Below the pieces are notes generated by a model. That model was given only the letters and a program-made list of their open reading frames with translations. It had not been told where the DNA came from and ran no database searches. Positions 18,029 to 26,477 of a DNA stretch of 64,000 nucleotides are shown here, in pieces. Origin of the DNA: an uncultured Staphylococcaceae bacterium (GTDB lineage Bacteria; Bacillota_I; Bacilli_A; RFN20; CAG-826). The position numbers and the translations under genes were made by a program. The stretch is from the NCBI GenBank assembly GCA_964386745.1, contig CAYLSZ010000002.1:1717-65716 (forward strand). The letters are read 5' to 3'. The stretch's first letter is position 1. Each line of letters opens with the position of its first letter.

Positions 18029-18895
18029 ATGAAAATTTGTGTAATTACTGATGAAAATGCTGGCTTTACACCTGAAGAAGCCAAAGAATTAGGTATTAAA
18101 GTCGTCAAAATGCCTGTAATCATTGACGGCGATGTTTGTTTCGAACATGACAATTTAACGACAGAAGATTTTTATAAAGCATTAGCAGATGATAAAGATG
18201 TTTCAACATCTCAACCTGCTCCAGGCGTCGTTACTTCTTTATGGGACGAAACCTTAAAAGAATATGATCAAATTGTCCATATACCTATGAGCAGCGGATT
18301 AAGTGAATCAACTCATACCGCTCAATTATTAGCAGAAGATTATAAGGATAAAGTTTTTGTAGTAGATAACCATAGAATTAGTGTTACCCTTAAACATAGC
18401 GTTTTTGATGCTTTAGCTCAAATTAAACTTGGTAAAACTGGTCAAGAAATTAAAGATTTCTTAGAAAAAACTCAATCTGAATCGGTCATCTATATTGCTG
18501 TCGATACCTTAAAATATCTTGCAAAAGGTGGACGTATTTCTAGTACAACTGCCTTCATTGGAAACTTATTAAACATCAAACCAGTCTTAGGTATCTATGG
18601 TGGTAAACTTGAACCTTATAAAAAATCTCACGGTCTTAAAAAGGCTAAAAAAGATATGCTTGAAGCTCTTAAAAAAGAACTCGAAACTAGATTTAAAGAT
18701 GTTCCACGTGAAGAATTAGAATTTGCAGCCGCCTATACATTCGACATCGAAGAAGCTAAAAAATGGGCTAAAGAAATTGAAGAATATTTTGGAATCAAAA
18801 CAAGTATCGTTTGTGATCCATTAAGTTTATCGGTTGCTACTCACATTGGCCCTGGTGCATTAGCTCTTGGAGTCAGCCACATCTTTAGAAAATAA
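18029..18895 (+). CDS. DegV family fatty-acid-binding protein
   Basis: 288 aa. DegV pattern (TSQP, KYLAKGGRIS, HIGPGALALG). Confidence 0.9.
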   Translation: MKICVITDENAGFTPEEAKELGIKVVKMPVIIDGDVCFEHDNLTTEDFYKALADDKDVSTSQPAPGVVTSLWDETLKEYDQIVHIPMSSGLSESTHTAQLLAEDYKDKVFVVDNHRISVTLKHSVFDALAQIKLGKTGQEIKDFLEKTQSESVIYIAVDTLKYLAKGGRISSTTAFIGNLLNIKPVLGIYGGKLEPYKKSHGLKKAKKDMLEALKKELETRFKDVPREELEFAAAYTFDIEEAKKWAKEIEEYFGIKTSIVCDPLSLSVATHIGPGALALGVSHIFRK

Positions 18896-18917
18896 TAATC
18901 AAACCAACATCACTTAG

Positions 18918-18939
18918 GCGCTCAATCGAGCGCTTTTTT
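18918..18939 (+). terminator. rho-independent terminator after degV
   Basis: GCGCTC-AATC-GAGCGC followed by TTTTTT. Confidence 0.8.
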
Positions 18940-18988
18940 GTTACGCAATTTTCTATAAGTTACCTATATAAAATGATAAAATTTAAGT

Positions 18989-19318
18989 ATGAACGATGAA
19001 CGCGGAATGAAAGGATATTTACCTTTTGCTAGTCTAGTCGAACAAGCAAAATATATCGAGGAAATGGAAAAAGAAAAAATGAAAATTCCTAAACCTCAGA
19101 TATCTGTTGAGCAAGCTCGTAAGATAAACGATATTCTTACTAACTATACTGGCGAAGCATTAAATATGAGGATTTTTATAGACGGAAAAATCTATGAATA
19201 CGAAGGAAAAATCCTTTTAAATAAACAAAAAAAGTCGTTCATAATAAACAACTTTGAACTTTCCGTAAGAAATATAATTGATATAGAATCACCAAATATT
19301 TTCGATGAAATTTGCTAG
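18989..19318 (+). CDS. hypothetical protein (possibly YolD-like)
   Basis: 109-aa ORF with coding-like composition. The family call is weak. Confidence 0.35.
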   Translation: MNDERGMKGYLPFASLVEQAKYIEEMEKEKMKIPKPQISVEQARKINDILTNYTGEALNMRIFIDGKIYEYEGKILLNKQKKSFIINNFELSVRNIIDIESPNIFDEIC

Positions 19319-19326
19319 TTTTCAAT

Positions 19327-19370
19327 AAAAAAGCCTGCAGATCTCAACTATTTTTTTCGATTTTATTAAT
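19327..19370 (+). repeat. CTGCAG-core dispersed repeat, short copy with the CGATTTTATTAAT right flank
   Basis: AAAAAAGCCTGCAGATCTCAACTATTTTTTTCGATTTTATTAAT. The right flank is shared with the 37341-37404 copy and encodes the last 8 codons of the 19344-19952 gene. Confidence 0.8.
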
Positions 19371-19952
19371 TCCTGTTACTTCAACAAAGTATGGTAGAGA
19401 CTCACACCGCATACAAAATTCATGCCACTCTTTTAATTTGTGATAACGTCTTTGTAGATACATGGTTTTGAGTTGTTGATAGTTCGTAGTCATTGATGCA
19501 CCAAGAATAAATCCGCATGGTAGCGAAGCAACTAACTCTCTCCATTTAGCTTGTTTTTCTTCTTTTAAATTCTCATCTATAGAAAGGTATTCTTCTTTAA
19601 TTTTTTCTACTATCTTAAGGATCTCTTTATTCGTCTCGCTGACACATTGTGACGAAATATCAAACTTTAATAAACAGTGCATTGTTGATTGCGAACTGAT
19701 GAAATCAAACCAATGATAACGTTGAGCTTGTTTCCACCAATATAATGGTGCATAAACATCCATTTGAACTAAAATTCCTTTTAAGAAATTGTCATGTCCT
19801 TCACCGTTTCTAGTCGAGCCTAAGGTTATCGCGCGTTTAATATCTTTTTCATTAAATTCAGTGCGATCAACGGCAGTTCTCATAGGGTTTCCACTAGCTT
19901 TAAAAGCAAATTCGAGTCCATAAACTTTTGTGTTTTCAATCTTATATTCCAT
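19344..19952 (-). CDS. ThyX-like (thymidylate synthase complementing protein fold) protein, divergent
   Basis: 202 aa. GEGHDNFLKG...WWKQAQRYHWFDFISSQSTMH aligns by pattern to ThyX GHGSVLEH...RHRxxSxxxxSxRY, but the RHR and S..R residues are not conserved. GGAGGTG RBS. Confidence 0.45.
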   Translation of the reverse strand: MEYKIENTKVYGLEFAFKASGNPMRTAVDRTEFNEKDIKRAITLGSTRNGEGHDNFLKGILVQMDVYAPLYWWKQAQRYHWFDFISSQSTMHCLLKFDISSQCVSETNKEILKIVEKIKEEYLSIDENLKEEKQAKWRELVASLPCGFILGASMTTNYQQLKTMYLQRRYHKLKEWHEFCMRCESLPYFVEVTGINKIEKNS

Positions 19953-20748
19953 CTTTATACACCTCCAATAAATTTAATAATAATGCAAGTCGAGTAACTA
20001 AACCTACTCCACCAGGTACAGGAGATTTAAATGCGACTTCGACATCACTAGCTACATCTCCAACCAGTTTTCCATCAACTCTATTTATTCCAATATCGAA
20101 TATGACACAATCTTTTTTGAATTTATAAGTATTCTTTAAAAATTCTGGTTTGCCTACTGCCACACAAATTAAATCCGCATGCTCAATATAAAATTTCTTA
20201 TCTTCTTCAGTCGTTTTTGAATGTAACAAAGTTACATTCATATTCTTTTTAGTAAGTTCTTGAGCTAAAGGTTTACCAACTATATTGCTTCTACCAATAA
20301 TGACGGCGTTTTTCCCTTCAAATGGATAATTATTATCGACTAAATAATTAATAATTCCATTAGGAGTAGCTGGAACATATCGACTTAAGGCATTAAATCC
20401 GTCCACATCTTTTAATGGAGAAACTGCTAACTTTACTAGCTCTTCATCGATATGTTTTGGTAATGGCATTTGCACAATAAATCCAGTTACAGACTTACTT
20501 TTATTAAGTTTTTCAATAAGTTTTAATAAAGCTTTTTCGCTTGTAGTTTCAGGTAATTTTATATGTTCACAAGCTATACCAACCTCATCTAAATCCTTAA
20601 TCTTTCCTTTGATATAAGAATTACTTGCCGGATCATCATTCACTTGAACGATTACAAGTTTTATAGGTTTAGAAAAAGTTGAAACCTCGCGTTTGATTTC
20701 TGCTTTCTTATTAGCTACATATTCTTTTATGTTCAACATGCTATACAT
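19942..20748 (-). CDS. folD: bifunctional methylenetetrahydrofolate dehydrogenase/cyclohydrolase
   Basis: 268 aa. FolD motifs (SYIKGK, VQMPLP, DVDGF, GRSNIVGKP, PVPGGVG). Confidence 0.9.
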   Translation of the reverse strand: MYSMLNIKEYVANKKAEIKREVSTFSKPIKLVIVQVNDDPASNSYIKGKIKDLDEVGIACEHIKLPETTSEKALLKLIEKLNKSKSVTGFIVQMPLPKHIDEELVKLAVSPLKDVDGFNALSRYVPATPNGIINYLVDNNYPFEGKNAVIIGRSNIVGKPLAQELTKKNMNVTLLHSKTTEEDKKFYIEHADLICVAVGKPEFLKNTYKFKKDCVIFDIGINRVDGKLVGDVASDVEVAFKSPVPGGVGLVTRLALLLNLLEVYKDGI

Positions 20749-20804
20749 TATAAAGCAAAAAAACGTTTCTAAAATATCAAAAATATTATTTTTATTTAGG
20801 CAAC

Positions 20805-20830
20805 AAAAAAGGCCTTTTATAAGGCCTTTA
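20805..20830 (-). terminator. terminator after secG
   Basis: AAAGGCC-N8-GGCCTTT with T-runs. Confidence 0.7.
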
Positions 20831-20838
20831 TTTAACTT

Positions 20839-21111
20839 TTAGAATAATCTTAATTCGCTAGCTGCTTCAGCTGCTTCAGCAGCATATCCAAGGGCTTGAA
20901 TTAATAACGCTAAGAATAAGAATAAAATACCAAATCCTAATGTTAGATAAGAAACGACTCTTTCGCTTCCTCTTTCTTTTGTTTTAACAAAGACGTTTAA
21001 GCCGCCACCAGTAATAGCACCGGAAGCACCTTCAGATTTACCGCCTTGTAATAAGCTAAGGACAATTACGATTACTGCAATTACCCAGAATATATAGTCA
21101 TACCATTCCAT
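20839..21111 (-). CDS. secG: preprotein translocase subunit SecG
   Basis: Start at MEWYDY. Two TM segments flanking LLQGGKSEGASGAITGG, the SecG signature loop. Confidence 0.8.
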   Translation of the reverse strand: MEWYDYIFWVIAVIVIVLSLLQGGKSEGASGAITGGGLNVFVKTKERGSERVVSYLTLGFGILFLFLALLIQALGYAAEAAEAASELRLF

Positions 21112-21228
21112 AATTTCTACCTCTTGAATTCGTGCACTCAATTTTATAAGAAATGTATATTAATTTCAACATGTTTTGAATTGTCGATTCGACCTCATTT
21201 TTCAACTTTTTATTTTTATAAAAGTAAA

Positions 21229-21906
21229 CTATTCAACAACTTCCTCTATCTCCTTACCTTTCTTAGATGCTATATGTCTAATCAAAACATAGATGCCATA
21301 AACGACTCCTATAGACACCAAAGAAACAATCATTTCTATTCCCCGCATAAAATCTATACCATCTCTTGTGCCCCAAAAGATAATTACCAAATAGTCTAAT
21401 AAAACAAAAACTCCTAAAGCTATCACTGCCCATAAATTATCCCAAATCGAAATTTTATAATTTTGCATAAAGATAATTGCTATAGTTATTGCAGCACCTG
21501 ACCCTAAAAAATACATAGCTTTTGCTACTGCATATGTATCGAGCGAATTTGTATAAATCTGACTATCAAATATACCTAAAACAATAGATACTAAAGAGGT
21601 TAAACAGAAAATTCCTCTAGCGATTTCCCCAATTTTCCCTTTATTAAACGTTGCAAATAAACAAATTATTAAGCTCAACGTGATATAAGAATAGGCCATA
21701 TCTTCAGATGGCGTAATTCCTCCTTCATAAAAACTAGCAACATAGAAAAATCTTAATAATTCACATCCTAAAAAGAAAAGCGTTAGCCCTATTAATAGTT
21801 TTCTATAAATAGGACTTTCTTTATCGACTTTTTTAAACTTATTTCCAGCAAAAACTATCGTAGGAAAAGCAATACAAACAAAAATTAATCCGATGATATC
21901 AAGCAT
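21229..21906 (-). CDS. polytopic membrane protein (YwaF/TMEM164-like?)
   Basis: 225 aa, about 7 TM, AAGGAG RBS, 8-nt overlap with the upstream paralogue-like gene. Confidence 0.5.
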   Translation of the reverse strand: MLDIIGLIFVCIAFPTIVFAGNKFKKVDKESPIYRKLLIGLTLFFLGCELLRFFYVASFYEGGITPSEDMAYSYITLSLIICLFATFNKGKIGEIARGIFCLTSLVSIVLGIFDSQIYTNSLDTYAVAKAMYFLGSGAAITIAIIFMQNYKISIWDNLWAVIALGVFVLLDYLVIIFWGTRDGIDFMRGIEMIVSLVSIGVVYGIYVLIRHIASKKGKEIEEVVE

Positions 21907-22618
21907 TTTTCACTTCTCCTTTTAACTCTATTTTTTTATTATGCTTTTTCTGACATATATCGATAATTCCATATACACCAATACAAAGCACAAACATTAG
22001 ACCTATAACAAACAAGTTACCAACGACATATCCGAATGCATCATAAACAAAAGCTAAATAATCGCACTCAGGACCAAAATAAGAAATATCTCCGCCTATA
22101 AATAAGCTTAATACCGTACAAAATACGACGTATCCACCCAAAACTAAAAATATTGGGAAATATTTTTTGAATTCAAATTTATATAATCCAGAAGTTAATA
22201 GATACACTGCAACAGCCATCATCGATCCGTGATAGAAATAACTATGAATTTGCATTAAATCCATTTCGTATTGCCATTGAATAGCTACAAAAAGTATAAA
22301 AACAAAAATCATTGGCAAAATCGATACTCCCATCGCTATATCTGAAAATCGATTTTTCTTAAAACAAAAAATTGGATAAGCATACATAACCATCGAACAA
22401 AATACCACTGGATATCTTAATGGTTGATACTCGCCATTAATCGTAATGAGATAAAAGATTTTCAAAAATTCCAAAATAATCAATACAAAAAAGATAACTT
22501 GGATAGGAATCATTTTTATCTTTTCGCTACGATTTTTTAAAAATATTGTACAAAGTGTTACATATAAAACTATAAATATAATAGTTAGACTTAACGGAAG
22601 AATATAATCAATAAACAT
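21899..22618 (-). CDS. polytopic membrane protein (YwaF/TMEM164-like?)
   Basis: 239 aa, about 7 TM, HSYFYHG motif, GGAGGAGG RBS. Confidence 0.5.
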   Translation of the reverse strand: MFIDYILPLSLTIIFIVLYVTLCTIFLKNRSEKIKMIPIQVIFFVLIILEFLKIFYLITINGEYQPLRYPVVFCSMVMYAYPIFCFKKNRFSDIAMGVSILPMIFVFILFVAIQWQYEMDLMQIHSYFYHGSMMAVAVYLLTSGLYKFEFKKYFPIFLVLGGYVVFCTVLSLFIGGDISYFGPECDYLAFVYDAFGYVVGNLFVIGLMFVLCIGVYGIIDICQKKHNKKIELKGEVKNA

Positions 22619-22710
22619 AACAGTCCTCCTCCCAAATAGGTATTATACTCTTGTTATATTTTGTCTTTAAAGGGTAAATCTTATAACTATAAATACCCTT
22701 AAAAAACTAA

Positions 22711-22770
22711 TAAAATCTGCCGTTTTTGAGAAAAAACCCTGCAGAACTCAACTATTTTTGTAAAAACACA
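22711..22770 (+). repeat. CTGCAG-core dispersed repeat, full-length copy with the GTAAAAACAC right flank
   Basis: TAAAATCTGCCGTTTTTGAGAAAAAACCCTGCAGAACTCAACTATTTTTGTAAAAACAC. Confidence 0.85.
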
Positions 22771-22873
22771 TAATAAATTATTCATTTATTTTATGACGAA
22801 AAACTGCTATAATAATTCATAATGCATAACTAGACGATACACTTTAGTGTATTGCGTTAACGAGGTAAAAAAC

Positions 22874-23086
22874 ATGGCAGAAGAAAAAAGAACAGGCAAA
22901 AAAGTCTATTTAGTTCAAAAAGTTGATGGAGAATGGGAAGTTATTCTTCGCGAAGGTTCAAAAGTTATTAGAAAATTTAAAACCAAAGCTGAAGCTTTAG
23001 CCTTTGCTGAACAAACAGCTAAAAATCAAGATGGCACAGTCTTAACTCGCGCCTCAAAAGGTGCTCATAAAGGCAAATTCCAATAA
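22874..23086 (+). CDS. DUF2188-like small protein
   Basis: Start at MAEEKR (GAGGT upstream). The W.V....S.V...F.TK.EA..FA pattern is typical of DUF2188. Confidence 0.55.
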   Translation: MAEEKRTGKKVYLVQKVDGEWEVILREGSKVIRKFKTKAEALAFAEQTAKNQDGTVLTRASKGAHKGKFQ

Positions 23087-23191
23087 TATCATCCCCTGAC
23101 GTATATTAAAGACAAACCTAAAGTTTTTCTTTTTTTGCACTCTATTGTTTGAACGCTCTTAATTGTTTATAATTACAGGGCTTCTTCAAAT

Positions 23192-23265
23192 GGGAGTCTG
23201 GTTCAATGGTAGAACAGCGGTCTCCAAAACCGTTGATAAGGGTTCGATTCCTTTGACTCCCGCCA
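23192..23265 (+). tRNA. trnW: tRNA-Trp (anticodon CCA), CCA end encoded
   Basis: Hand-folded cloverleaf: acceptor GGGAGTC/GACTCCC, D stem GTTC/GAAC, anticodon loop CTCCAAA, T arm AAGGG-TTCGATT-CCTTT, then discriminator G plus CCA. Confidence 0.9.
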
Positions 23266-23284
23266 ATTAATTGAGTTATATCGG

Positions 23285-23309
23285 CCACCAAATATGGTGG
23301 TATTTTTTA
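23285..23309. terminator. terminator between tRNA-Trp and the convergent TetR gene
   Basis: CCACCA-AATA-TGGTGG followed by TATTTTTT. Confidence 0.7.
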
Positions 23310-23831
23310 TTCTAAAGAAAATGGATTTGCGTAATACTCTTTCATAAGATCAAGTAATTGCTCTGGCTCGGGATTCATATCATCTTTTAACCAGGCAATT
23401 AGCCATCCACATATACCATAAATCAAATAATTCAAACCAAATTTCTCAGCAGCGTTTTTAGGTTTAATTTCACTTTCTACATATTTTTTTATTGTCCTAC
23501 CAATTATTCGTGTTTCTTCTTGTTTATAGATGATCATGTAAAATTCTTTATTGAGAACATAATGTTTCATCAGTTTATACATAAAAATAAGCAAACTATT
23601 AACCCCTTCATTTTTACAAGCATCATTAAATTCTTTACTTATCTTTTCCTCGTGTTTAACAAGAACATCTCTTATCGATTTGTAATTTCTATAAAATGTG
23701 GCTCTTCCTACTTCTGCTTTTTTAACTAATTCGCTAACGCTGATTTCATTTATTTTCTTTGTCGATAGCAATTCAATTGTTGCCTTATAGATCTGCTTTT
23801 TCGAATATGTATTTTTATCTAAATTATTCAT
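23307..23831 (-). CDS. TetR/AcrR family transcriptional regulator
   Basis: N-terminal HTH (ISVSELVKKAEVGRATFYRNY). Start chosen at MNNLDK; the track ORF extends to 23861. Confidence 0.85.
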   Translation of the reverse strand: MNNLDKNTYSKKQIYKATIELLSTKKINEISVSELVKKAEVGRATFYRNYKSIRDVLVKHEEKISKEFNDACKNEGVNSLLIFMYKLMKHYVLNKEFYMIIYKQEETRIIGRTIKKYVESEIKPKNAAEKFGLNYLIYGICGWLIAWLKDDMNPEPEQLLDLMKEYYANPFSLE

Positions 23832-23905
23832 GCCTATACAATTAAGCCTCCTGTGTATCATTTTCGTGAATATGCCTTTAAAAAATTGTATTCCAAAATA
23901 TTAGT

Positions 23906-23948
23906 TGATACAATTGTATCAGCGCAAGAATATAAATTATATTCTTGC
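23906..23948. promoter_or_regulatory. two perfect palindromes (candidate TetR operators) in the tetR/small-ORF divergent region
   Basis: TGATACAATTGTATCA (23906-23921) and GCAAGAATATA-AAT-TATATTCTTGC (23924-23948). Both recur at 26150-26192. Confidence 0.55.
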
Positions 23949-23972
23949 CCATAATTAAAAGGAGGTTACAAA

Positions 23973-24167
23973 ATGAAAGCAATTATACTGTTAATTGTTT
24001 TTGCTGTGGGAGATTTTTTACTTGCTATGTTTTTGCCTTACCAGGATTTGCAAGAAATCTTCTTAGAGTTGATTTTCTTTGAAATTGCTTTTTTTGGGTG
24101 TTTGATACTTTACGACATCTCAAAACTTAAAGGTAAAAAAGGAAAAAAGGATAAAGACGATGAATAG
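23973..24167 (+). CDS. 64-aa two-TM membrane protein with a Lys/Asp-rich tail (upstream duplicate copy)
   Basis: AAAGGAGG RBS. Identical to 26217-26411. Confidence 0.55.
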   Translation: MKAIILLIVFAVGDFLLAMFLPYQDLQEIFLELIFFEIAFFGCLILYDISKLKGKKGKKDKDDE

Positions 24168-24252
24168 TTTAATTTTAGCAGGCATTCTTGCATTAGGAGT
24201 TGGATCAAGCGCTATACCTAATGCAACACAAAACCCGTCTTTGGCTTTTTAA
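24160..24252 (+). pseudogene. 5' fragment (25 codons) of the 467-aa secreted-protein gene, truncated by the IS junction
   Basis: MNSLILAGILALGVGSSAIPNATQN, then 5 IS-derived codons and a stop. Confidence 0.8.
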
Positions 24253-26134
24253 CACCTTATTTTTTGGCTTTTGACTAAATTTTAAGAAAGTTATTATCTA
24301 TATAAAATATAGATAATAAAAATATTGCGTTAATTTTATTTTTTTGCTATAATTTAAGGTGCCAAGGTGTGAAAGGGATTTTATGAGATATTTTTTAAAG
24401 AAAACTACCCCATCTAAGAAGGGGACATACTTACAAATTTATATAAGCGAGTACATTTCAAAAGTCGGAAATCGTAATCATCAATACCAAAATATTGGTT
24501 ATGTCGAAGACCTTAAAAAGGCTGGTATTGAAGACCCAATTAAATACGCTGAAGATCTTGTTCAAAAACTAAATGAGCCATTAAAAAAGAATGAGATTCC
24601 ACAAATTGGTGACGTTTCCTTAACTAAAAACTTAGGTTATTTTCTTTTGAAAATCATGATTGATAAACTTGATGTCGATAAAATAATCGATATCTTTACT
24701 CAAACAAAAAGATTTGACTTTAAGGTATCAAGTTTTATTCGCTCATTAATTTATGCTCAAGTTGCTAATCCAGGTTCTAAACTAAAAGCACATGAACGTG
24801 TAATTCCAAATATTTACGGAATTGAGCAATTTAGTTACGACCAAATACTTGATGGAATTGAATACATCGGGAGCGATTATCAAAAGTACATCGAAGCGTT
24901 TAATCTTTGCATTCAAGAGACATTTGGTAGAGAGACAAAAGTTAACTTTTTCGATTGCACAAATTATTATTTTGAAATCGATCAAGAAGACGATTTAAGA
25001 AGGAAGGGACCTTCAAAAGAAAACCGTAAGGATCCAATTATCGGTCAAGCTCTTCTCTTAGATAGCGAGCAGATTCCAATCGGAATGATGATGTATCCAG
25101 GCAATCAAAGCGAGAAAGGTTATTTAAGAAAAATGGCCGAAGATACTAAGGAAAGATATGGCATTGAAGGTCGTACAATTTATGTAGCTGACAAAGGTCT
25201 GAACTGTGCAAAAAACATCTATTTTTCATCAAAAACCGCGCAGAACGGCTATATTTTTTCAAAATCTATTCATGGAAAAAACTTAAACGAGCAAGAAAAA
25301 AAGTGGATTCTTTTCGACAATGAAATGAATGTACGGCACGATGTTTTAGATAAAGATAAGTCAATAAAATATCGATATAAAGAGACCGTGGACACATTTG
25401 ATTATTCGTTTTTTGATGACAACGGCGAAAAGATTAGCTTTCAAATTAAAGAGAAAAGAGTTGTGACATTTAACCCTGCCTTAGCTTCCAAAACAAGAGC
25501 GGAACTTAATAAACTTTTCGAGAAAGCTAAGAGTATTTCAACCCATAAAGAACTTTATCGAGAGGAGTTTGGCGACGTTGCAAAATACATTAATTTTGAA
25601 ACAACTACGTTGGATGGCAAGAAAGTGAAAGTTGCAACAAAATTAAATGATGAGAAATTCAAAGAAGATCTTAGATATGCTGGTTACAACTTACTCGTAA
25701 CCTCCGAAATCGATATGAAAGCACAAGAAATCTATAATGTCTACCATGGCCTTTGGAAGATTGAGAATTCTTTTAGAATTTTAAAATCTTACTTAAATGC
25801 AAGACCAGTGTTCTTGCAAGATAAATACAAAATTTACGGTCACTTCACGATATGTTATTTAGCCCTTACGGTTCTACGTTTATTAGAAACGAAAATATTT
25901 AAAAACGAGCTGTCTAGTGAAGAGTTGGTAGAGTTTATTAGAAGCTACATTATCACTGATAATTGCAGCGGAAAATTTCTTAATTCTTCTACCAAAAGTT
26001 CGACTTTTGAAATTATCAAAGAGGCATTGGGGCTATCAAAACTTGGCAATTTAACGCTCACTAAAAAGGATGTTAAGAACTTATTGGAATATGAGTTTTA
26101 ACACCTTATTTTAGGGTTCACGCCTAAAGTCAGG
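24234..26134 (+). mobile_element. IS1634-family (IS4-like) insertion sequence, about 1.9 kb
   Basis: Single DDE transposase ORF. Imperfect termini CCCGTCTTTGG / CCTGACTTTAG (reverse complement). A 13-bp-arm hairpin at 24291-24319 precedes the promoter TTGCGT-17-TATAAT (24325-24353). Bounded by the 343-bp direct duplication. Confidence 0.85.
24383..26101 (+). CDS. IS1634/IS4-family DDE transposase
   Basis: Start at MRYFLKK. FFDCTNYYFE (D), YVADKGLN (D) and YHGLWKIENSFRILKS (Y-R-E-K region) motifs. Confidence 0.85.
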   Translation: MRYFLKKTTPSKKGTYLQIYISEYISKVGNRNHQYQNIGYVEDLKKAGIEDPIKYAEDLVQKLNEPLKKNEIPQIGDVSLTKNLGYFLLKIMIDKLDVDKIIDIFTQTKRFDFKVSSFIRSLIYAQVANPGSKLKAHERVIPNIYGIEQFSYDQILDGIEYIGSDYQKYIEAFNLCIQETFGRETKVNFFDCTNYYFEIDQEDDLRRKGPSKENRKDPIIGQALLLDSEQIPIGMMMYPGNQSEKGYLRKMAEDTKERYGIEGRTIYVADKGLNCAKNIYFSSKTAQNGYIFSKSIHGKNLNEQEKKWILFDNEMNVRHDVLDKDKSIKYRYKETVDTFDYSFFDDNGEKISFQIKEKRVVTFNPALASKTRAELNKLFEKAKSISTHKELYREEFGDVAKYINFETTTLDGKKVKVATKLNDEKFKEDLRYAGYNLLVTSEIDMKAQEIYNVYHGLWKIENSFRILKSYLNARPVFLQDKYKIYGHFTICYLALTVLRLLETKIFKNELSSEELVEFIRSYIITDNCSGKFLNSSTKSSTFEIIKEALGLSKLGNLTLTKKDVKNLLEYEF

Positions 26135-26477
26135 TTCCAAAATATTAGTTGATACAATTGTATCAGCGCAAGAATATAAATTATATTCTTGCCCATAATT
26201 AAAAGGAGGTTACAAAATGAAAGCAATTATACTGTTAATTGTTTTTGCTGTGGGAGATTTTTTACTTGCTATGTTTTTGCCTTACCAGGATTTGCAAGAA
26301 ATCTTCTTAGAGTTGATTTTCTTTGAAATTGCTTTTTTTGGGTGTTTGATACTTTACGACATCTCAAAACTTAAAGGTAAAAAAGGAAAAAAGGATAAAG
26401 ACGATGAATAGTTTAATTTTAGCAGGCATTCTTGCATTAGGAGTTGGATCAAGCGCTATACCTAATGCAACACAAAA
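26135..26477. repeat. right copy of the 343-bp direct duplication
   Basis: Identical to 23891-24233. Confidence 0.9.
26217..26411 (+). CDS. 64-aa two-TM membrane protein (functional-context copy)
   Basis: AAAGGAGG RBS. 8-nt overlap with the downstream gene. Confidence 0.55.
   Translation: MKAIILLIVFAVGDFLLAMFLPYQDLQEIFLELIFFEIAFFGCLILYDISKLKGKKGKKDKDDE

Larger units (their letters stand above)
23891..24233. repeat. left copy of the 343-bp direct duplication flanking the IS element
   Basis: Reads identically, base for base, to 26135-26477 (offset 2244). Confidence 0.9.

Noticed and set aside
23192-23265. Possibility of Mollicute-type UGA=Trp decoding
   Set aside because: The tRNA-Trp has anticodon CCA. 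TGA terminates well-defined genes, for example the ThyX-like gene and the 44494 stub. All long ORFs are intact under the standard code.
25230-25260. AAAAACCGCGCAGAACGGCTATATTTTTT inside the transposase gene, which resembles the dispersed repeat core (especially the 4601 copy)
   Set aside because: Only block-wise similarity (AAAAACC, CAGAAC, TATTTT) in AT-rich coding DNA. This is not enough to claim that the repeat family derives from the IS.
24247-26112. Alternative IS boundaries using the 17-bp direct repeat TTTTAACACCTTATTTT as the target duplication
   Set aside because: That model would place the transposase stop codon in the target duplication and leave an unexplained 51-bp palindromic-ended filler between the 343-bp repeats. 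The simpler model is an IS1634-type element with a long duplication. This needs comparison with other copies.
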